From: Basidiobolus ranarum
Taxonomy: Eukaryota
Reading direction: 5' to 3'
Assembly: GCA_040143965.1 (NCBI GenBank)
Contig: JASJQH010006938.1
Coordinates: forward strand, 1-35,776
Length of the DNA: 35,776 nt
The notes below the pieces were generated by a model, which worked only from the letters and a program-made list of their open reading frames with translations, did no database searches and was not told the origin of the DNA. Position numbers and translations under genes: made by a program. Below, one piece after another: positions 1 through 11,905 of the stretch. The number at the start of each line of letters is the position of its first letter. The stretch's first letter is position 1.

Positions 1-230
1 CAAACTAACATGTAGAATGTGCCAAAAAGGGTGCCAGGAACATGTGTGCAAAGTGTGGGGGTTCTGGAACAAGTTTGAATGTCTATACATCTGAGAACTT
101 ATAAGTTGGTAAAAATATTCCAAGTAAATTCCAATTGAGAATAAGTGATAATATCTTAGTGAATTATAAGATAACTACGTACTAAGCTATATATGACTAT
201 GCGGATGTGTAGGCAATGCTAATTTAAACA
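1..230 (-). mobile_element. LTR family copy A (truncated by window edge)
   Basis: Aligns by eye with 1715-1927 and with the reverse complements of 22972-23319 and 30407-30718; ends ...GCTAATTTAAACA at 230. Confidence 0.85.
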
Positions 231-1597
231 ATATGTGTAATACAATTTGAAGATAAGTTTTAGAAGATTAGTTCTTTTTCATATTTGGTGGTTGTTACAC
301 TAGCTTGCCATATGGTTGGGAGCATGGATTCACTTGACTCTGACAGTGTTGCTCTTTTGGACTATATAGGGATCAATTGATTATACTTACAAATATTGGT
401 AATATTTGAAGAAAACAAGCCTATGAAAGGATTTCATTTGTATTGAAATGACTGGGGTATAAGTTCAAATAAAGCTAACTGGATAGAATGTGCCTCCACA
501 TGTTACAATTTATTGATCAAGGTTGTATACAATACTTCTATTGCTATTTAGGGCTGGTTTTCCACAGTTAAAATATGTTAGGAAATCTTCTCTAGCCAAT
601 TAAGATAATGCCATTTTTGCATACTATATAGAGTGAGAATACCATTCTAGTTGTAGAAGATATACCAAATTAGACTCAATTTTGTGAGTGAATGGAACAA
701 ATTTTATCCACTATGACAGTAAGCAGGATCATACATATATGTGTAAGATGTATTGGCATTTAAGATGAGAAATTATTGCTGGTGGCACTATGATAGTGGA
801 ATTAAAGGACCTTCCTATCCATATGAAAGTTAAGCTGTCCCCTCCATGTTTTCCTAGGATCAACTGCATATGGCTAGCACCAGTTTTTCTTAGATTGTAG
901 GGGCATCTAGCTTTCAAATTGCTGATATTGTTGCAGCTTTCAGCAACATTCAGTCAATTACAAATATTCAGTACTTGTAGCTATATTTATTTTGTTATCC
1001 CTGATGTTCCCATGTGTGACTATCACATCCAGGTAAGTGGAATGGTGTTGCAGGATCTGGTCATAATGAGGATTGAGTATGTTGTTTAGAGACAACTTGT
1101 GATACTCTATTAGTTGCTTTGTTCTTGAAAGTATATGGTGACTTATGTAGCAGAGAAGTAAATAACTCTGTTTGAGATATTTAGCAGTTTGTGTAATAAG
1201 ATATAATAGATAAGTGAGGGTAATAAGACATACTAGTTATATAGATATAGGGATTTACCTAATTAGAACACAGGGGCTATCCAGATGTTGCTTTCTACTT
1301 CTGATATATGTTGCATGACAAAAATTGATTGAGATATTGGATACAGATTGATTATGCTACATCATTCTATACATGTTATTTCATTTTTACCAAATTATAA
1401 AATGTACTTAATAATTTTTGACTTATGATGACTGGCAAACCTGACAAACTGAATTCCCAAACTGATGTTGTTATAAGCCAAATGCTTGGTGCTGTGACAG
1501 ACAAACAATTAACTCAGAATATATTTCCATACAGTGTGAAAGTTGCCTGTGGAATGTATTGCTGGCAACTTGATGCTGCAGGTGCAAGCATCAGTGT
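231..1597. other. CpG-free degenerate sequence between two LTR copies (decayed repeat/TE interior, identity unknown)
   Basis: No CG dinucleotide from 204 to 1722 by manual scan; no recognisable ORF, PBS or PPT. Confidence 0.5.
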
Positions 1598-1927
1598 TGT
1601 TAAAGTATTTGGGAGCCTGTTGGAAGTGGTTTGGAGAATTAGAGGAATTGGTGGTTTTCACTTATTGATTTATTGAGTAGTAAGTGGACATTTATAGTTT
1701 TGTCAAGATGTAAGCAAACTAACGTGTAGAATGTGTTAAGGAAGGTCCCAGGAACATGTGTACAAGGTTTGGGGCTTCTAGCACAAGTTTTGAAGAATCT
1801 ATATATCTGAGAACTTTTAAGTAAATTCCTCATGAGATTAATGGATAATATCTTAGTGAATTATAAGATAACTAAGTACTAAGCTATATATGACTATATA
1901 GGTGTTTAGGCAATGCTAATTTCAACA
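1598..1927 (-). mobile_element. LTR family copy B (no matching TSD)
   Basis: TGTTAAAG...TTTCAACA termini; homologous to copies C and D; flanks AGTGT / CTTAC do not match. Confidence 0.85.
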
Positions 1928-2370
1928 CTTACTAGCGATTTTATAGAAGTTTAAAGATCCTTTTTCATCTAGCAATTTAGTTTTCTCAACAACCGGCTGA
2001 AAAAACCTTAGGAGCTTGAGTCCAGTTTTAGGATTATGTAATATACTTAAAGGAACAGCTGTGCAATGTATAGGAATATGTTTCAACAAGCCCTGTGCAT
2101 TTATTAGTAGTGATACACTTAGAGCAATACAATTAGCACCGACGCGTTCCAGGATTAATTTAATTGGCATCTGAATACTTCCTTTATTAAATGAATATAG
2201 TATATTATAGAAATAACATGAACGTATGGGGCTAATTGTTTGCTTGTTCTATGTACTGACTCAAAGGAAATTATCACTCAGGATCTTTAAAAGTTTATTT
2301 TGATAGAGAGATAGGGCTAAAATATAAGTAATACAGAGGAATTTTAAAGATCATCAAGTTACCCACCCAT

Positions 2371-2928
2371 TCATGGATTTCTAGTAAATTCAGGGTGGGA
2401 AAGATTGTGAAGTATAGAGGAAGGATAACTACAGGTTAAACCATTCTCCGGTTCGACGAATAGTTGCTTTACTTTACCTTCCTCAAGGATCATGGCGAAC
2501 CTTTTGGAAAAGATTTGAGTGCCTTCTTTGCTTTGTTGTTCTAATCCGATGGAACTGACAAACTCTCCTTGTGGATCAGCAAGAAAGCGTACCTTACTGT
2601 TATCAACGTTAAATGACTCCTCCCAAGCCTTGGTCACGAATGGATCGTTAACTGATATAAAAGCAAGCATGTCTACTCCATGAGAGGCCAAGTCATGCAT
2701 ATGGTCAAGATAGCATGGAATTTGGGATCTTGAGTCAAGCGGATTGAACGCACCAGGTGATCCCAAGATAAGCACCTTCTTGTAGAGTTTCAATGCATCG
2801 AATGCATTGACCTGGTTAAACGGAGAGGCCTCTCTTAAGGGGGTGTTGGGTATCTTGTCACCAATTTTTATTAATGGAGCTATAGTAGCGTAGCGACGGT
2901 TGATGGAAGGTAGAATGTGACGCAACAT
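2371..2928 (-). CDS. Prx5/Ahp1-family peroxiredoxin homologue, peroxidatic Cys replaced by Asp; likely mitochondrial presequence
   Basis: IKIGDKIP, SPGAFNPLDS (canonical PGAFTPxCS), SVNDPFV..AW, RFLADP, SKRFAM, GLTCS; ATG at 2928, N-terminus MLRHILPSINRRYA; 185 aa, intronless. Confidence 0.9.
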   Translation of the reverse strand: MLRHILPSINRRYATIAPLIKIGDKIPNTPLREASPFNQVNAFDALKLYKKVLILGSPGAFNPLDSRSQIPCYLDHMHDLASHGVDMLAFISVNDPFVTKAWEESFNVDNSKVRFLADPQGEFVSSIGLEQQSKEGTQIFSKRFAMILEEGKVKQLFVEPENGLTCSYPSSILHNLSHPEFTRNP

Positions 2929-3763
2929 AATTGAGATCTTGAGTCTCTTCCAGAGGTGACGCTGGTATTTAACTTGGATGCACACACTATGGTCTTACCC
3001 GTGATCAGTGACTGTTAAATGATAATTGTTACGTATCCAATGAATCTCATCAATGGTCAATGAAAATGAACCTATGCAGTAGAGATGATTCTTTAGTATA
3101 AATAATGGTTTAACAGCGCCATAGGAACAAATAATCCCTTCTGGCACAATAGGTCAGATGAATCAAGGAGAGGGGGTCAAGGGTGTCACAGTGAGATAAT
3201 TAAATGTAGGAATGGAAATGAGAATGGAAATGGAATTATAAATAAGGAAGCATCATCTTGGTTAAATCACCACCTAATTGTGCGTTTAATTTGTTGATTA
3301 AGTTGAGCGTAGTCGGAATAAATCGCGCATAATGGATAAAATGTCACTTGACACTCTTCCAATCCCAAGTAAAATCAATGCAGGATAAGTGATAAAATGA
3401 AAGTTTGTATTTCCAATTAAACTTCTGACCTATCGCTCTTGTCCAACCTTCAAAGTCTCCTAAGCATCTTGGGCAATAATTGTGTCCCTATCTGGTGGAA
3501 ATTGTTGACAATGTACCTATATCTCTATTTTTAGCGCATCTACAGCAAAAATAACTCTCCACAAGCATCATGCAGTACACAGTAATTAGCTCAATCTCGA
3601 TTCCAGTCAACTCAAATTTATCTCATCAACAGTAATGTGGGGGTGTTCGGGAGAGAGAGTCAAAGTGAATGTGGAAAATCATTACAAGTCCAATAAACCA
3701 GTTTGAAATTAATACTGCAGGCTACCATTTTGAAGTACAAACTGAGAATGGCGAACAGTGAAA

Positions 3764-3773
3764 TATATAAAAG
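3764..3773 (+). promoter_or_regulatory. TATA box of tyrosinase gene
   Basis: TATATAAAAG about 60 nt upstream of ATG 3828. Confidence 0.55.
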
Positions 3774-3827
3774 ATACGATTGCTTCTAGATGTCAGATAT
3801 ACTTTTAATTCTACTTCCTCTCTTATC

Positions 3828-5149
3828 ATGAAATCTACCGTCTACGCCCTGGTTTTGGCGTTCGCTTCTTTGAGTACAACCTTTGCTCAGTGCAGTACAA
3901 CCATTGTTCGTAAAGAGATTCGCCAGATAACGAACTCTGAAAGGACTGCTTTCATTAATGCAGTAAACGCTATCAAGAAGAGCGGTAGATATGATGAGCT
4001 GGTTTCTATTCACTTGAACTATGTACCGTATGCCCACTCTACTCCCGCCTTTTTCCCTTGGCATCGAAACTTCATCAAAACCTTTGAGCTGGCTTTACAG
4101 AAAGTCAATCCCAAAGTGACCTTGCCATATTGGGTAAGAGATGTTGGATAGTAATCGCATGAACCATTGATATTAATAATATTTGATATTTAAGGATTGG
4201 ACTCTTGACTCTCAGGCACCAGAGAAAAGTCCAATATGGACATGGTTCGGTGGAAATGGTAGAAAGAAAGATGGCTGTCTTATTACTGGACCATTTGCCA
4301 ATTGGAAGACTTCGAAGCCTGATTCTCACTGTCTACAGAGAGTGTGGGATTCTGGAAATAAAATCTCCGCTTTTTATTCACCTGAATCCATTAATTACTA
4401 CGTCAGTACTTCCAGTGGCTTTGGTGCACTAAGAAACAACATCGAGTTGGGTCCACATGCTACAGTACACAATAGTATTGGTGGGGACTTTCAGTATATG
4501 ACCAGTGCCAATGAGTATGTAACCATTACAAATCACTCACTTTGCTCACATTCTGACCGTTTTTACTTCATTTAGTCCCATCTTTTTCCTTCACCATGCA
4601 TACATCGACAAGATCTGGGCCGATTGGCAGAAATCCCATCCTCAGAAATCCAACGATTATAGTGGAACGAACTTAGTTGGTGGTCGTAAAGCGAACATAA
4701 GCGACATCATAACCCCTTTCCAAATACCCGTACGTCAGGTGTTAAATATCAACACCCTTTGCTACAGTTACTCAAATAGCCCCAGTGCTACTATCCAGCA
4801 GAATGGTAGAAAGAGATCTATGCCACATAATACCCAAGTGTCCCGTATCACCAAGAATGAATCCCTTCTAAAAAAGATCGCCTCTTGTCCTCGACCAGAT
4901 TATGCGTCACTCTTGGGTCTGCCATCGTCGACCGATAGGCGTTCACAATTAACCAAGCTTCGTCCACCCATAGGGGTGAGTCCTCGCTTCAGTGAAATGA
5001 TGAAATACGATCTCCATAAAGTTCGTCAATTGGAACTCGATAACGCACTCTATATTAAGAGTCTTAACGAAAAAGGATACGTCTCTAAGGTTTCCTTGAA
5101 GAACATTCTCTCAGGAGTTGCAGATATCGACCTTAAGATTACCATTTAA
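3828..5149 (+). CDS. Secreted tyrosinase / type-3 di-copper protein, 3 exons (3828-4133, 4195-4514, 4576-5149), 399 aa
   Basis: Signal peptide MKSTVYALVLAFASLSTTFA; VRKEIR, CuA H..AHSTPAFFPWHR, LPYW|DW, CuB GPHATVH...ND|PIFFLHHAYIDKIW; GT-AG introns restore the frame. Confidence 0.93.
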
Positions 5150-5451
5150 CTTCAATTATACTCTCTATTCATATGTTGATCGATGAATGCAAGGTTCGTT
5201 CTGTGTTCTTGATGATATTTTGATTTTTTTTCTCGGCATTTCCCTTCATTCCTCTTTTGTTACTTCAAACCTGATACCCCTGCCTGATCTGATATACTTG
5301 TGTTCAGCCAATTTTCTTGTCTCTCGATTCTTTATACCGTCGAATCTAATAACAATTGACAATAATAATCATTTATGAAAAATCTCCCCCTCTTTTGATT
5401 CAGATGCACGTGGAAAAACAGTGAGGAAGTGATAAAATATAATGAGTCCAA

Positions 5452-5546
5452 GGAATATATTGAAATGAAGATGCATTGAACTGGATTGAATGGAATGGAA
5501 TATATTGGAATGAAGATGCATTGAATTGGATTAAATGGAATGGAAT
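5452..5546. repeat. 45-bp GGAAT-rich tandem repeat, ~2.1 copies
   Basis: GGAATATATTG(A/G)AATGAAGATGCATTGAA(C/T)TGGATT(G/A)AATGGAAT starts at 5452 and 5497. Confidence 0.85.
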
Positions 5547-5606
5547 TGAAACATGGCTTGAAGAATGTAAAATCCCCAAGTAGAATGAAGATTGCTATTT
5601 GTTCAT

Positions 5607-7211
5607 TTACAAAATTTTCTCTTGAAAATCTCTCCAATCCTTGGAAAGATCTTCTTTTTCTTGCAGAATCCGATGATTTTCTCTCTTGAATCGAATTCGA
5701 AGTATTAGGGATATTATCACAGTCAAACTGAGTAAGCATATGAAAATAATATGACTTGAGGTATATCGTGGAGCTTCTTCTGCTCTAAAGAATTGCCCTC
5801 CAACGGCGCCACCGATGTTCCCAAATGCTGATACTAACGCAGTACCAGTTGCTACCTTGGTAGATCCTCTTGTGTTGTTAGATATCCAAGCAAAGCAGAG
5901 TGGCATACAGACATATAAGCAAATTGCGATGAAGACAAGGCATCCGTATAGCACCCATGCTCCGTTTAACTTGATTAAAAGGATGAATCCTATGATACAA
6001 CCTATGGCGCAGATGATGATGTAAATTCCACGTTGCATCACTCTATCCGAGTGCCATGTAATTATCAGTGTACTGAAGAATGCAACAACATAGGGTGGTG
6101 TTGAGAGTAGTTGCGCTGTCACATTCGTAAATCCAAGTGAGGAAATGATCGTTGGTAGGAGCATTGATAAGGTGACAGATGGTGTCAATACAGTGAAATA
6201 AAGTATCTGATAGAGTATAACGTTTACATCGGTAAATGCAGCAAGAAATTGGCTTCGTTCAAATTTGGTATCGGTTGCGATGGTCCCTTCTAACTCTAAA
6301 CGTTTAACGGCAACTGCCCTCTCCTCTTCTGTCAACCATGTGGCAGTTTGTGGAAAATCAGGCAAGAGGAAGCTGTATAAAGAAAAGATGGGTCAGCATT
6401 GCGATTAAAACCGAGATGAAAGAATAAACTTACAAAGTAAGAATACCAAAAAAGATGGAAGGAATACCCTCAATGAGGAAAATCCACTGCCAGGCGGATA
6501 GTCCTAAATTATTATGCATATGACTAATGGCATATGCCAAAATCCCGCTAAACCCGCTAGCAAGTAAAGAAGTGGCGAAAAGAAACCCAATTCTGGTAGC
6601 TTGCTCTTTTCTCGTATACCAAAAAGAGAAATAATATATAACACCAGGGAAGAAACTATTGTTGAAATTTAGTCACAGAATTCAAGAAGAGATAGAAGAA
6701 TTTGCTTTGCATTACCCTGCTTCTGCTATTCCCAAAAAGAACCGAACAGACATTAGACCAGCAAAGTTGTGAACAGCAGCTCCACAGCTGGAAATAATAC
6801 CCCAACTGATCATTATTCTGCTAATCCAACGAGAAGGTCGAGCCCGCTTCAGAAAATTGTTCGAAGGGATCTCGAAAATGATATAGCCTATAGTGAAAAG
6901 CTCTAGTTGAAAACTTCAAGAAAATCAACAGAACTAAGCCTACCAAAAAAGAAAACGGAAAGGCACCAGCCAAATTGTCCAGACTTCAAGTCCAAGTCTT
7001 TCTCCAAGTTGTATAAACGTGCATTTCCTAAATAACAACGGAGTATAAATACAAAGAACAGTTTTCTCAATTCCAATAGAGAGGTACCTAAGTTTATACG
7101 GTCAAGAATTGAAAGGGTATAAAGAATTAAAATGAGAGGCAGTATACGGATATCATACTTTCTCACTATCTTCCTCTCGGTCTCGCTATCCCAGAAATGC
7201 CCTTTAGACAT
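5607..7211 (-). CDS. MFS transporter, anion:cation symporter (DAL5/TNA1-like), 5 exons (7211-7088, 7027-6944, 6887-6716, 6655-6434, 6372-5607), 455 aa
   Basis: RKYDIRILP, LDRINLGNA, GYIIFEIPSN, EAGFFPG, WQWIFLIEG, LPDFP..A.WLTEEER, APRY motifs; all introns GT-AG and frame-consistent. Confidence 0.93.
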
Positions 7212-8105
7212 GTTTATGAGAGTTCTGAAAATGACAATGGGAGGCACTATATATAACACCATAAAGCTACCTATCAAAGTTAAATTTCCAATATTTCCAA
7301 ATCGAGTGCTCTGACTCATTTCCAAGAGTAACAATAAGGTATAATATAAATATGAATGGCAAGCCTCAAGGCTTAGGCACCGGATAGTCAAAATCTTCAA
7401 CGGCTTTAATTCGCTTAATGGGGAATCACCAAAGATAGAACTGTTCGTATAGATTTAAAGATACGACAAGTTTGTGCAATCTCCATCACCTTAAAAGCTA
7501 ATCTCAATAGCAGAGTTAAAGTGCAACTCATTCCTATACTCATACTATGGTCTCTGGATTTTAGGTGGCGTTTTGGCGATAGTTAGTCTTTTCGCGGTCT
7601 GTTATTTCAGATTTGAATCTTCTTTTGACATCGGCCATACATATAAATCCAGCTTTGTGTTTCGGTAAACTATACGTGCATCCATTTCCAGCCTATGATT
7701 GTTCTATACATATTGGTTCCTTTTATAGACCAGCAACGATTTTTACATCCGTACACACCACCAATCCTTGCGGAATAGCGATAATGCTCAGAAATACTGG
7801 TTAATGTGAAACCTTGAGCAACACCATTATGCTGATATCATTACCAAAGGAAAACCAGAGCTGGATGAAAAGGATGTTTAGAAAGCAATACTGAAGCGGT
7901 CATTAAAAATAGAAGCCACTCCACTCACGCAGTCCATGAACGGCATTATCATACTTCGGCCTGCATTAGCCTAGCCAATCCCTGAGGATATATTAATTTT
8001 ATCTCAAGTCACAACTGTCAAGTGACACTAGCATGAAACCAAAATACAGTAAATCTGAGGGTTAAAGGTATTGAAGGTAATTTTAACTAAGAGGTAATCA
8101 GTTGC

Positions 8106-8992
8106 TTAACCAGCAGTCTGATGGATTTTCGAGTGGCGTCGTAAGTTAGACAACACCGAGAACCTCTTCCGACACCCCATTGCTTGACACGAATATGGCT
8201 TCTCGCCCGTATGAGAGAACATATGAGTTTTTAGAGAGCTGGGCCGTTTGAATTTTTTATCACATAAAGTGCACTTGTACCGCTTGTGATCATCTATATT
8301 GGCCTCCTTATAATCAGTAAAATCTACTTGCACCATTTTACTCACCATGGCCGGCTTCGATGCTCCTTGTGTGATAGCGTTTACAGAGCGCTCGCCTTGT
8401 GCTCTGATAATGCCTGGGTTCGACTCCGAGTCATAAAAATTCAAAAACTCCGAACCTTTGATTTGATGAAGAGAGATTCCATAATCTTTGATTCTTCGTG
8501 CTTCTGATTCGTCATGTAATCTCTGGCTGAGTATTGGCGGTAGAAATTAAGAAGAGAGGGTTTTGTAGTATTAGGCGGGATCAAGAGAATAATAGAAATT
8601 GATTGGGTGTTTAGCCCACCTTTCTTGCCCTATAGGATTGGTAGAATCTTCATCAGATAAATTTAAGATTGTATGGGGTTGTGTTGGTGTTTTGATCATC
8701 CTCAGTTGGGAAGACGTTGCATACGTGGCTTTGATTTGAAGCGCATGAAAATCGTCCTTGTTAGCCTAATTTTTAGTAGAATACATTTCAAGTTAGAGAA
8801 GTAAAAGGAAGAGCTCTCACGACTGCTACAGAGATAAAGAATCTCCACTAAGAATATCATCTCTCCTAAGAATACAAAATATCATACCAGGGAAGAGATT
8901 AGTTTGGAATGCTCTTTCTGTGGATTTTCAAATAGAATCGAGTCAACCGAAACATATTTGGGAAATTCATTATCGTCTAACGGAATGGACAT
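8106..8992 (-). CDS. Two-finger C2H2 transcription factor (MtfA/Nrg1-like); probable exons 8992-8888, 8765-8620, 8526-8106
   Basis: CTLCDKKFKRPSSLKTHMFSHTGEKPYSCQAMGCRKRFSVLSNLRRHSKIH; upstream exons inferred from GT-AG sites and open frames, so the 5' structure is less certain. Confidence 0.85.
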
Positions 8993-9336
8993 TGCATTCG
9001 AATGGCTCGAAAGATGTACTTTTCACAGATACTGCCTGTCTAAAGAAAAATGTAAAGTTGATTGCATGAAAATACCCCTAGTGAAAATAACCGTGACAGA
9101 AGCCAGAGTTTATTTAAGTAGTGGCAGTTGCTAAATATGTGATATGTATATTAAGTAATTAATTTCAACGTTGATATATATATATATAAGAGTTAGAGAT
9201 AAAAACCTGTTGGCCATCACTCTCGTACGTCTCGTTATTTATAGTGATATGGTATATGTAAGTGGATCAATCTTGTTACTTCCTTCTAAATAGTATAAAT
9301 GCTAAACAGAATACATACAGTTCGTTTAAATTACAT

Positions 9337-9351
9337 TGATTAGGGTTAGGG
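9337..9351 (+). promoter_or_regulatory. Telomere-like (TTAGGG)2 motif in the divergent C2H2/FBA1 intergenic region
   Basis: TGATTAGGGTTAGGG; related motifs at 19547-19560 and, reversed, 33624-33640. Confidence 0.3.
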
Positions 9352-10178
9352 CTAAATGGATCGATTTGTGTAAGGTGATTGGTTATGTCTTCGAAGAGCC
9401 ACTTCGGATGCACAGCTACTCACAAGGAGTTGAACAACTAAACCTATTTTAGTTGTTATGTTAAATGACAACGCAGATCTCACTTTGGATATAGCTCTTA
9501 CTTGGTCTATAGAAAGCAGAAGAAGCATGTAGATTGTTTCTGATTTCCGAGGACGGTGTAACACTAGACATTCATCGAATCATTGATCATATGCCTTTAC
9601 TTTCGAGCGGTTTCAGGTTAGCATCATTGGTTTCAGATTCGCCCCAAAAGAAAGTGGAGTGTATTTATCTAAACCCTAAGTCCCAAGCCCTAAATCCCGA
9701 ATTTCGAATTACTGCCAACATCATCATTGTTAACAGCAACCGTTTACTCTCAAGATTACAGGTCAAGGTTGGTTAAGGTCCAAAGGTACTACGTAAAATG
9801 CCTACAAAATATGGGGTTATGCGCCGTGGGAAATACCGGGTTGCTTCGTCACCTTGATCGATTAGTGATCAACTAACATTTGATCATTATTTACTCTTGT
9901 TGGTTGATGTTGACATTGTACTACTTCGAGCTACTCTCTATCCCACTTAACTGATTTACAAATTGATGTGATTACGTATCATGATGCTCTTGCTCAGTTC
10001 CATCACTAAATGCAAGTAGATAGAGTATTACTTTCTTATTACAGGGCTTACCAAATATTTAAGGGTTATCATGTTGGGGTCAGTCCTAATTCGAGTCCAC
10101 TCCGTATATAATGATCCTTGCTTTCAACTCTGAACTCAAGCTACTTCACTACCACTTTTCGTTCTAATCATTATAAGC

Positions 10179-11255
10179 ATGGGTATTCTTGATATTGTTC
10201 CCGCTGGTGTCGTTACTGGTGACAACCTTCGCAAGCTTTTCACTTACGCACGTGACAACAAATTCGCCATCCCTGCTATTAACTGCACTTCCTCCAGCAC
10301 TGTAAACGCTGCTCTTGAAGCTGCCCGCGACAGCAAGTGCCCTATCATCATCCAATTCTCCAATGGAGGAGCTGCTTACTATGCCGGTAAGGGTTTGAGC
10401 AATGAAGGCCAAAAAGCCTCCATCTTGGGTTCTATTGCTGGTGCTCAACATGTCCGCGCCGTGGCTAAGGAGTACGGTATCCCCGTGGTCATTCACTCCG
10501 ACCATTGTGCCAAGAAGCTTCTCCCTTGGTTCGAAGGTATGGTTAAGGCTGATGAGGAATACTACAAACAACACGGCGAACCTCTGTTCTCTTCCCACAT
10601 GTTGGATCTTTCTGAAGAATCCAAGGAAGAGAACATCGAAATCTGCATGTCTTACCTCAAACGTCTCGCACCAATGGGATGTCTTTTGGAGATGGAGATT
10701 GGTATCACTGGTGGTGAAGAAGATGGTGTTGATAACACTGGTGTCGAGAACTCTGCTTTGTATACTCAACCTGAGGATATCTGGGATGTTTACAGCAACT
10801 TCAGCACCATCACTGATTTATTCACCATTGCTGCCGCTTTCGGTAACGTTCATGGTGTCTACAAGCCTGGTAATGTTGTTTTGCAGCCTGGTCTTTTGGG
10901 CAAACATCAAGCCTATGTTAAGGAGAAGCTTAGCACTCAGAATGACAAGCCTGTATTCTTCGTATTCCACGGAGGATCTGGATCTACTGAGGAGGATATC
11001 AAGACTGCTGTTGACTTTGGTGTCATCAAGATGAACGTCGATACTGATACCCAATGGGCTTATTGGGATGGTCTTAAGAATTACTATGAAGCCAAGAAGG
11101 GTTATCTCCAAACTCAAATTGGTAACCCTGACGGCAGTGACAAGCCTAACAAGAAGTACTACGATCCTCGTGTCTTCGTTCGTGAGTCTGAGAAGTCCAT
11201 GATCAAGCGTGTCCAAGAAGCTTGCCAGCATCTTGGAAACGTCAACAACTTGTAG
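10179..11255 (+). CDS. FBA1: Fructose-bisphosphate aldolase class II, intronless, 358 aa
   Basis: FAIPAIN, IHSDHC, SHMLDLSEE, LEMEIGITGGEEDG, AFGNVHGVYK, VFHGGSG, KMNVDTD, NKKYYDPR; strong codon bias. Confidence 0.98.
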   Translation: MGILDIVPAGVVTGDNLRKLFTYARDNKFAIPAINCTSSSTVNAALEAARDSKCPIIIQFSNGGAAYYAGKGLSNEGQKASILGSIAGAQHVRAVAKEYGIPVVIHSDHCAKKLLPWFEGMVKADEEYYKQHGEPLFSSHMLDLSEESKEENIEICMSYLKRLAPMGCLLEMEIGITGGEEDGVDNTGVENSALYTQPEDIWDVYSNFSTITDLFTIAAAFGNVHGVYKPGNVVLQPGLLGKHQAYVKEKLSTQNDKPVFFVFHGGSGSTEEDIKTAVDFGVIKMNVDTDTQWAYWDGLKNYYEAKKGYLQTQIGNPDGSDKPNKKYYDPRVFVRESEKSMIKRVQEACQHLGNVNNL

Positions 11256-11905
11256 GATTTCTTTCCTGACCTGTCCGCTCACCATTCATATCAACATAAT
11301 ATTCCGAAATCAATAACTTTTTGCATTCCAACTGTATTTTCAATAGTACAATAAAATTAACCAATTTTATAATTGTAAACAGCTATGCTGGTTTATTTTA
11401 GATCATCACTTGTGGTTATTGAAGATTTACTAAAAACGTGTAGAATACTACGTAAATGCCAGGTGGAATGTTTGAAATTACTTCCATTTGAAACGTTATC
11501 AAAGTAAGGAATCAATTCGGTTTGTTTACAAAAGAAATATAATGCAACATATTGCTTCAATTACTATGATTCTAACACGAGTATCTCACCTCTCTTTATG
11601 CATATCCTGTACAATTACCCAACAATATCACATCCACATGGAAAGCGTTTTAAGTGAGTTACTTTTCATTCATCCCCTCACCTACTTTCACTTACGAGTA
11701 TTAAACCACTCAGATATTTCCAATTTTATCGTTTACCTTGCTTCTTTGAACAGGTTCTCACTTTGACTTTTCTTGAGAGGTTTAACTCTACTAAAACTTC
11801 ATAACCTAACCTCTTTCAGTAAATTATCGTTGGTTGTATACAGACTCTAAAACTACCTTCCTTTGAATCCCACTGTATATTAGCATATAGAAGCTTGATA
11901 CTACC

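Noticed and set aside
1425-1676. ORF sharing VF(G/R)SLLEVVWR...FHLLIY with ORF 30640-30840
   Set aside because: The shared peptide is only the translated end of LTR copies B and D, not a protein family.
2929-2985. Longer N-terminus of the peroxiredoxin ORF, and possible selenocysteine use
   Set aside because: The extension starts at a non-ATG codon; the active-site codon is GAC, with no in-frame TGA.
5332-5739. 135-aa minus-strand ORF with repeated SIPFNP.QCIFI
   Set aside because: It is the translation of the 45-bp tandem repeat and overlaps the MFS 3' end in another frame.
10164-11285. Nearly full-length antisense ORFs (201 and 155 aa) and a 210-aa alternate-frame ORF over FBA1
   Set aside because: Expected shadows of strong codon bias (avoidance of TTA/CTA/TCA) in a highly expressed gene; no recognisable protein features.
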